Source: Halalkalibacterium halodurans
Lineage (GTDB): Bacteria; Bacillota; Bacilli; Bacillales; Bacillaceae_D
DNA: 32,000 bases
Assembly (NCBI RefSeq): GCF_004376175.1
Contig: NZ_SNUY01000028.1
Span: forward strand, 12,698-44,697
Direction of reading: 5' to 3'
Part shown: one piece after another, positions 28,078-32,000 of the stretch
Position numbering within the stretch: position 1 is the first letter of the stretch
How the letters are laid out: each line of letters opens with the position of its first letter
Translations under genes and position numbers: made by a program
The notes under the pieces: generated by a model
Databases searched by the model: none
Seen by the model: the letters and a program-made list of their open reading frames with translations, nothing else
Told to the model about the DNA's origin: nothing

Positions 28078-28103
28078 GAAGATGCCCTCCCATATGTAAC
28101 AAT

Positions 28104-28925
28104 TTAACCGAGCCAGCCTTCATAAATAAGACGGAGGCCAACAAACAATAAAAACAAGCGAAACACAAACACAATCGTATCACTTTTCAGGCGCGTGTTT
28201 AAAACTGCACCTAGCTTCGCACCAATCCAAGCCCCTGGGACGAGCGCTGCAGCAAACAGCCAATTCACATTCCCTAATGCAAGATGGGAAAGGGAACTGA
28301 GCAACGCCGTAAAAATGATCATAAACATCGATGTGGCAACTGCCACATGGGGCGGGAACGCAAAAAGTAAAATCATGGCTGGCACGAGCAAGGTGCCCCC
28401 ACCAATTCCGAACAACCCTGAGAGAAGACCGACAAAAAAAGCAATGAGAATGCCAAGCCATGCTTGAAACCCATATTCATAGCGCTGCCCCTCAGGATCG
28501 ACGTACACCCGCCAAATCCCCTTTTTCTTTAATTCCATCGGCTTTAAGCGATGACGAATCATCAACAAAAACGACATAAGAATGACAAATAGCCCGAAAA
28601 AAATTTGAAACTGTTGGACTTGTAACCCTTGATTAAGCCACACCCCGACTAGCGCTCCTGGACCGCTACCGATGAAAAAAATCAAGCCACTCTTATAGTC
28701 CACCGTCCCTTTTTTCATATAGGCAAACGTGGATGACAGTCCCGTAAAAATCATGATTAATAGCGACGTCCCAACCGCCACCTGCGGGGTCACCGCCTCC
28801 GATAAAAGTGCAGTACCCCCTAACCAAAGAAGGGCCGGGACAACGATAATGCCGCCACCAAGCCCCATTAAACTACCGATTGTCCCAGCTAAGAGACCGA
28901 CACAAACTAAAATGAACCACTCCAA
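28104..28925 (-). CDS. yunE: YunE, TauE/SafE-family anion exporter
   Basis: 273 aa, 8 TM, repeated GGGxxxVP motifs. Confidence 0.85.
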   Translation of the reverse strand: MEWFILVCVGLLAGTIGSLMGLGGGIIVVPALLWLGGTALLSEAVTPQVAVGTSLLIMIFTGLSSTFAYMKKGTVDYKSGLIFFIGSGPGALVGVWLNQGLQVQQFQIFFGLFVILMSFLLMIRHRLKPMELKKKGIWRVYVDPEGQRYEYGFQAWLGILIAFFVGLLSGLFGIGGGTLLVPAMILLFAFPPHVAVATSMFMIIFTALLSSLSHLALGNVNWLFAAALVPGAWIGAKLGAVLNTRLKSDTIVFVFRLFLLFVGLRLIYEGWLG

Positions 28926-28948
28926 CGAAAATTCCTCCTACAGAACTG

Positions 28949-29806
28949 CTATTCAAACAAATTCAACTGCTTCGGTGTGAGCCCATGGTATTCGATTTCT
29001 AAGAGCTCTAGCATTTGCTTCGCATTCGCTGCTGCGTCGCCCCCAGAGTTGTTGTTAAACAGGACATAGACATCCTTTACTTGGGCTGCAAGCTGCTTCA
29101 AATGCTCTGCCCACTCGGCTAATTCTTCTTTCGAATAACGGTACAAGTAACGAACCTCACGCCAGTTCCCTTCCTGAGGCCTGCGCCACCCTTCCACATT
29201 GCGCCCATGAAAGCGAACGAGGACGTTTTCTTCGTTCGATGGCACTAAAACGGTTGGAACAGAGCCCTCCCCCGCTTGCGGCTCATCACAAATGCTATGA
29301 ATCCATCCTTCCTCACGCATAAACGCGAGGGTTCGCTCTCGAACACTGGGACGGAACCACGATTGATGGCGAAATTCCAACGCCACCGGAAGCTGGCCCA
29401 TTAGCTGCTTACAATAGCGTAAATAACGAACATGCTCTTTCGTACAATCAAACCATGGCGGAAATTGAAATAACACCATAGCCAGCTTGTTCGACTCTAG
29501 GAGCGGCTGAAGGGACTCTACGAAGGCGGCAAACATGTCCTCCTTGGAGGAGAACGATATCTCCCCCCGTTGATGGCCTGTTAATCCTTGATAGGCTTTC
29601 ACGACAAAACGAAAGCAATCAGGGGTGTCACTTGCCCATTTTTCCATATTCCTTTTTGGCTGTATCGCATAAAACGACGAGTCGACTTCCACCGTCGGAA
29701 AGTGGCTCCCATATGTATAAAGTTTTTCACTCGGTTTGGTTCCCATCGTATACAACTCATCATGGTCACCCCACCCGGTTAATCCGATGTAAATCATTCC
29801 ATTCAC
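28949..29806 (-). CDS. yunF: YunF (DUF72)
   Basis: IYIGLTGWGDHDELY...FPTVEVDSSFYAIQ... Confidence 0.85.
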   Translation of the reverse strand: MNGMIYIGLTGWGDHDELYTMGTKPSEKLYTYGSHFPTVEVDSSFYAIQPKRNMEKWASDTPDCFRFVVKAYQGLTGHQRGEISFSSKEDMFAAFVESLQPLLESNKLAMVLFQFPPWFDCTKEHVRYLRYCKQLMGQLPVALEFRHQSWFRPSVRERTLAFMREEGWIHSICDEPQAGEGSVPTVLVPSNEENVLVRFHGRNVEGWRRPQEGNWREVRYLYRYSKEELAEWAEHLKQLAAQVKDVYVLFNNNSGGDAAANAKQMLELLEIEYHGLTPKQLNLFE

Positions 29807-30199
29807 CTTTTATCTATCATCCTTCACTTCCATCATATCATGTGTTCATATCATAACGCACGCTTCCTCTCTCTTGGACGTGGTAAACTTTGGATGATAA
29901 CCTACGAACGATATCAGAATCATGAAGAAAAAATTTTTGATTACATACTTGCCTTCGTATCTTTCCCTATTTATTGAATTGAAGCTCTCGATCGAATCAA
30001 TCGAGGAGGATTTCGATAGCCTTTTTTTATTATGAGGATTTGCAGCACAACACCCTCAACCGATCCATTCCAAAAAATAAAAGAGATCTCGTGGACCTTC
30101 CTCGTTATACGCCTTTTTCACAACGGAGTCCAGACCTCCAGTAGCGATTTGAATAATATGTAAGCATCATCCTCACTGAAAGAAAGGAGAGATTTTAGC

Positions 30200-30469
30200 A
30201 TGTTTCCTTGTCACCGTAGACCACCTGTCCACCATTTACCGACGAGAACTTTACCAGCCCAAGTTGCACCAACGCGGCATTTTTCTGAACTTTTCAAGCA
30301 AAATGTTGTCATCCCAGTCGTTCATCCGAGCCACACAACGCGGCGTCTGCATACGAACTTCCAATTCGTTCATTCATTCCCACACACTACATCTGACGTC
30401 CGCACTGCCTCCAGACAGGATTTTGTTGCTCCAGCTCCTAGGCCAAGAAGACCATTTAGCTGGTGGTAA
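30200..30469 (+). CDS. CotD-family inner spore coat protein-like
   Basis: AAAGGAGAG SD. The core NVVIPVVHPSHTTRRLHTNFQFVHSFPHTTSDV parallels B. subtilis CotD (IVPHIHPQHTT...HVHYFPHTFSNV). Confidence 0.7.
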   Translation: MFPCHRRPPVHHLPTRTLPAQVAPTRHFSELFKQNVVIPVVHPSHTTRRLHTNFQFVHSFPHTTSDVRTASRQDFVAPAPRPRRPFSWW

Positions 30470-30493
30470 GCTAACCATTGCATGGAGCAAAAT

Positions 30494-30530
30494 GCCCCTC
30501 ACTCTTCATGAGCATGAGGGGCTTTGCTGT
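30494..30530 (+). terminator. Intrinsic terminator after the cotD-like gene
   Basis: GCCCCTCA-13 nt-TGAGGGGC-TTTGCTGT. Confidence 0.7.
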
Positions 30531-30671
30531 GAGAACCGTTCTTCATCTTTTTATTTATTATCATATCATGTGGAGTATAACGATTTGGGCGTGATTACTC
30601 ATAAAACGATCAATATCATTCCCATCTATGCACTTAAATGATATAACTAGAGAAGGAAGAGAGGGATTGAT

Positions 30672-30848
30672 ATGAAGTCTATCCATAAGTACTTCTTCTA
30701 CACCTTTTTATTCGTCTCAATTTTTCTAACTCAAGTGCTTTGGGGCATTAAAGATGGGGAATTGATGTGGCATCAATACTATTTGATCTCATTTAGCATA
30801 ACTGGACTTTATTTTATGACAGATAAGAAATTCGCAAACAAAACATGA
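30672..30848 (+). CDS. Small two-TM membrane protein (58 aa)
   Basis: GAAGGAAGAGAGGG SD region; MKSIHKYFFYTFLFVSIFLTQVLWGIKDGELMWHQYYLISFSITGLYFMTDKKFANKT. Below the track cutoff. Confidence 0.45.
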   Translation: MKSIHKYFFYTFLFVSIFLTQVLWGIKDGELMWHQYYLISFSITGLYFMTDKKFANKT

Positions 30849-30893
30849 CTAGGATTGTTCTATTTTATGAAAAAACTTGAGGAGAAACACATC

Positions 30894-31085
30894 ATGAAGC
30901 ATTTAGGGTTTATGTTCTATTTCTTGGTTGCATCTACGGTGTATTACTACACAAGGAAATTTTTAAACGAGGACATTGGCCTATTTGGATAGATCATTGG
31001 TATAACTGTACGTGGTCTTATTATTCTATTGATGATGTACTTAGCCTTTAGCAAAGTTCAAAAAATGTTCAATCATATTAATTAA
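30894..31085 (+). pseudogene. Small two-TM membrane protein gene interrupted by an in-frame TAG (30990..30992)
   Basis: GAGGAG SD; MKHLGFMFYFLVASTVYYYTRKFLNEDIGLFG*IIGITVRGLIILLMMYLAFSKVQKMFNHIN*. The second hydrophobic helix lies after the stop, in the same frame. Confidence 0.4.
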
Positions 31086-31219
31086 TAGGTTAGAAAAAGA
31101 GCCAAGAAGGCCCTTGTTTTTTGTTCTTTTGGATCAACAAACAGTATTAACGAAAAAGTTAAAACGATTATAAGATTACGGATATGAATAAAAAGAAGTT
31201 AAAGTTTGTCATCGATGCT

Positions 31220-31375
31220 TTAAGATTGGACCGTTTTTACATTTTCAATGTCAGACTCATCATATTCACGATAGCCATTTTTCAAACGAGTAGGATGAAG
31301 CAACCGTTTCTGTTCGTAATAACGTAAGGAACGAATGCTGACACCTGTTTTTTTCGATAGTTCACTAATTTTCAA
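31220..31375 (-). pseudogene. MerR-family regulator stub (51 codons, HTH only)
   Basis: TTG start with GAGGAGG SD; LKISELSKKTGVSIRSLRYYEQKRLLHPTRLKNGYREYDESDIENVKTVQS*. The coiled-coil and effector domains are missing. Confidence 0.7.
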
Positions 31376-31405
31376 CCTCAGCCCCTCCTCAAAAACTGTA
31401 ATTTT

Positions 31406-31436
31406 ATAGTAAAGTATGACATCATGTCAGGGTCAA
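31406..31436 (-). promoter_or_regulatory. MerR-type promoter with 19-bp spacer and palindromic operator
   Basis: Minus strand TTGACC (31436..31431), 19 nt spacer, TACTAT (31411..31406). The spacer contains the perfect palindrome TGACAT-G-ATGTCA (31417..31429). Confidence 0.6.
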
Positions 31437-31499
31437 TACATCTGTTTTGCTTTTTATCAATTTGATAACTTGTTGTGTAAAAAGTAACATTCCAATCGA

Positions 31500-31562
31500 G
31501 TAGGAGGAGGCGGTTAGCCTCCGACCTCTCACACCACCGTACGTACGGGTCCGTATACGGCG
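31500..31562 (-). mobile_element. 3' terminal fragment (domain V, domain VI, 3' end) of a group IIC intron
   Basis: Minus strand CGCCGTATACGGACCCGTACGTACGGTG-GTGTGAGAGGTC-GGAGGCTAACCGCCTCC-TCCTAC. The arms GCCGTATAC / GTACGTACGGT match the domain V consensus (e.g. Ll.LtrB GAGCCGTATAC...GTACGTACGGTTC). A CGC triad replaces AGC, as in class C introns. Confidence 0.65.
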
Positions 31563-31683
31563 AGTGTGTTTAGAATGTATTGAGGAATTTAATTTAAAAA
31601 AATACCATTTACTGAGTTTTTTTTATCAACGGTTTTTTTTGGTATAATTTTAATTGACTAGATAAGAAAGGAGTGTTATACAA

Positions 31684-31917
31684 GTGATGGAAACATTTGA
31701 TTTTTTAAGACCTGTCTATTATTTAATAACATTATTTTTGGTGTGTAATTATTTGTATTTGACTTTATTAAGAGAAAAAGTTAAATCAAGTATTTACGTT
31801 TTTATAAATTCAATATTCTTTACTGTTATCGGATTGGTTTTGTTATTTCAGTCAGGTGTAATTGTATTTGGCAAGAGAAAAATGCATAAAACGGCAAGCC
31901 TTTTTGCAGCCACTTAA
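31684..31917 (+). CDS. Small two-TM membrane protein (76-77 aa) in AT-rich DNA
   Basis: AAAGGAG SD; extended -10 TGGTATAAT at 31640..31648; (M)METFDFLRPVYYLITLFLVCNYLYLTLL... Confidence 0.45.
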   Translation: MMETFDFLRPVYYLITLFLVCNYLYLTLLREKVKSSIYVFINSIFFTVIGLVLLFQSGVIVFGKRKMHKTASLFAAT

Positions 31918-32000
31918 TAACACTTATTCCTTACATATTGTTCAAAAGGAATGACTCTTTCATTCGGTTACTATCTCCTCCGAAAATCACTAAATGAGAG

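Noticed and set aside
29922-30038. 38-codon ORF MKKKFLITYLPSYLS... between yunF and the cotD-like gene
   Set aside because: No Shine-Dalgarno sequence and no recognisable family, so it is probably non-coding.
30264-30641. 125-aa ORF overlapping the cotD-like gene in another frame
   Set aside because: It has no SD and runs through the cotD terminator hairpin. The CotD frame has the homology and the SD.
31094-31130. Possible terminator after the small ORF pair (CAAG-AAGGCC-CTTG followed by TTTTTTG)
   Set aside because: Only a 4-bp stem can form, which is too weak to call.
1-32000. CRISPR arrays, rRNA/tRNA genes and recognisable defence or toxin-antitoxin modules
   Set aside because: No regularly spaced direct repeats, no rRNA/tRNA-like sequence and no defence-associated domains were seen in any frame.

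Overview
This is a Bacillaceae chromosomal segment. Its backbone reproduces the B. subtilis yut-yun neighbourhood: yutH / yutG / yutF / yutE / yutD / yutC / lipA / lytH(yunA), then yunC-yunD-yunE-yunF. Several extra genes are interleaved in the left part: an OmpR-type response regulator with a decayed kinase partner, a DUF418 membrane protein, a Cys-rich wHTH regulator and glpX. Between lytH and yunC lies a ~15 kb accessory block, at the position where B. subtilis has yunB. It contains: (1) a frameshifted, truncated IS1182-family transposase remnant next to a GC-rich dispersed repeat; (2) an NSS (SNF-family) transporter with an unannotated 34-aa MetS-like small subunit; (3) an AraPST-type three-component sugar sensor plus a ChvE/GguAB-type ABC importer; (4) an NhaC-family transporter behind a clear lysine (L-box) riboswitch; (5) thyA-dfrA. 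The right end (29.8-32 kb) is a gene-decay zone. It holds a CotD-like coat protein, small two-TM ORFs (one with an in-frame TAG), a 51-codon MerR stub that keeps an intact MerR-type promoter/operator, and a 63-nt 3' fragment (domains V-VI) of a group IIC intron. A conserved terminator cassette and associated repeat occur at four loci. No CRISPR array, rRNA or tRNA gene, or recognisable defence system was seen, and I could not support a complete novel multi-gene system. The best leads are listed as findings. All family assignments come from reading the translations and motifs by eye. No searches were run.
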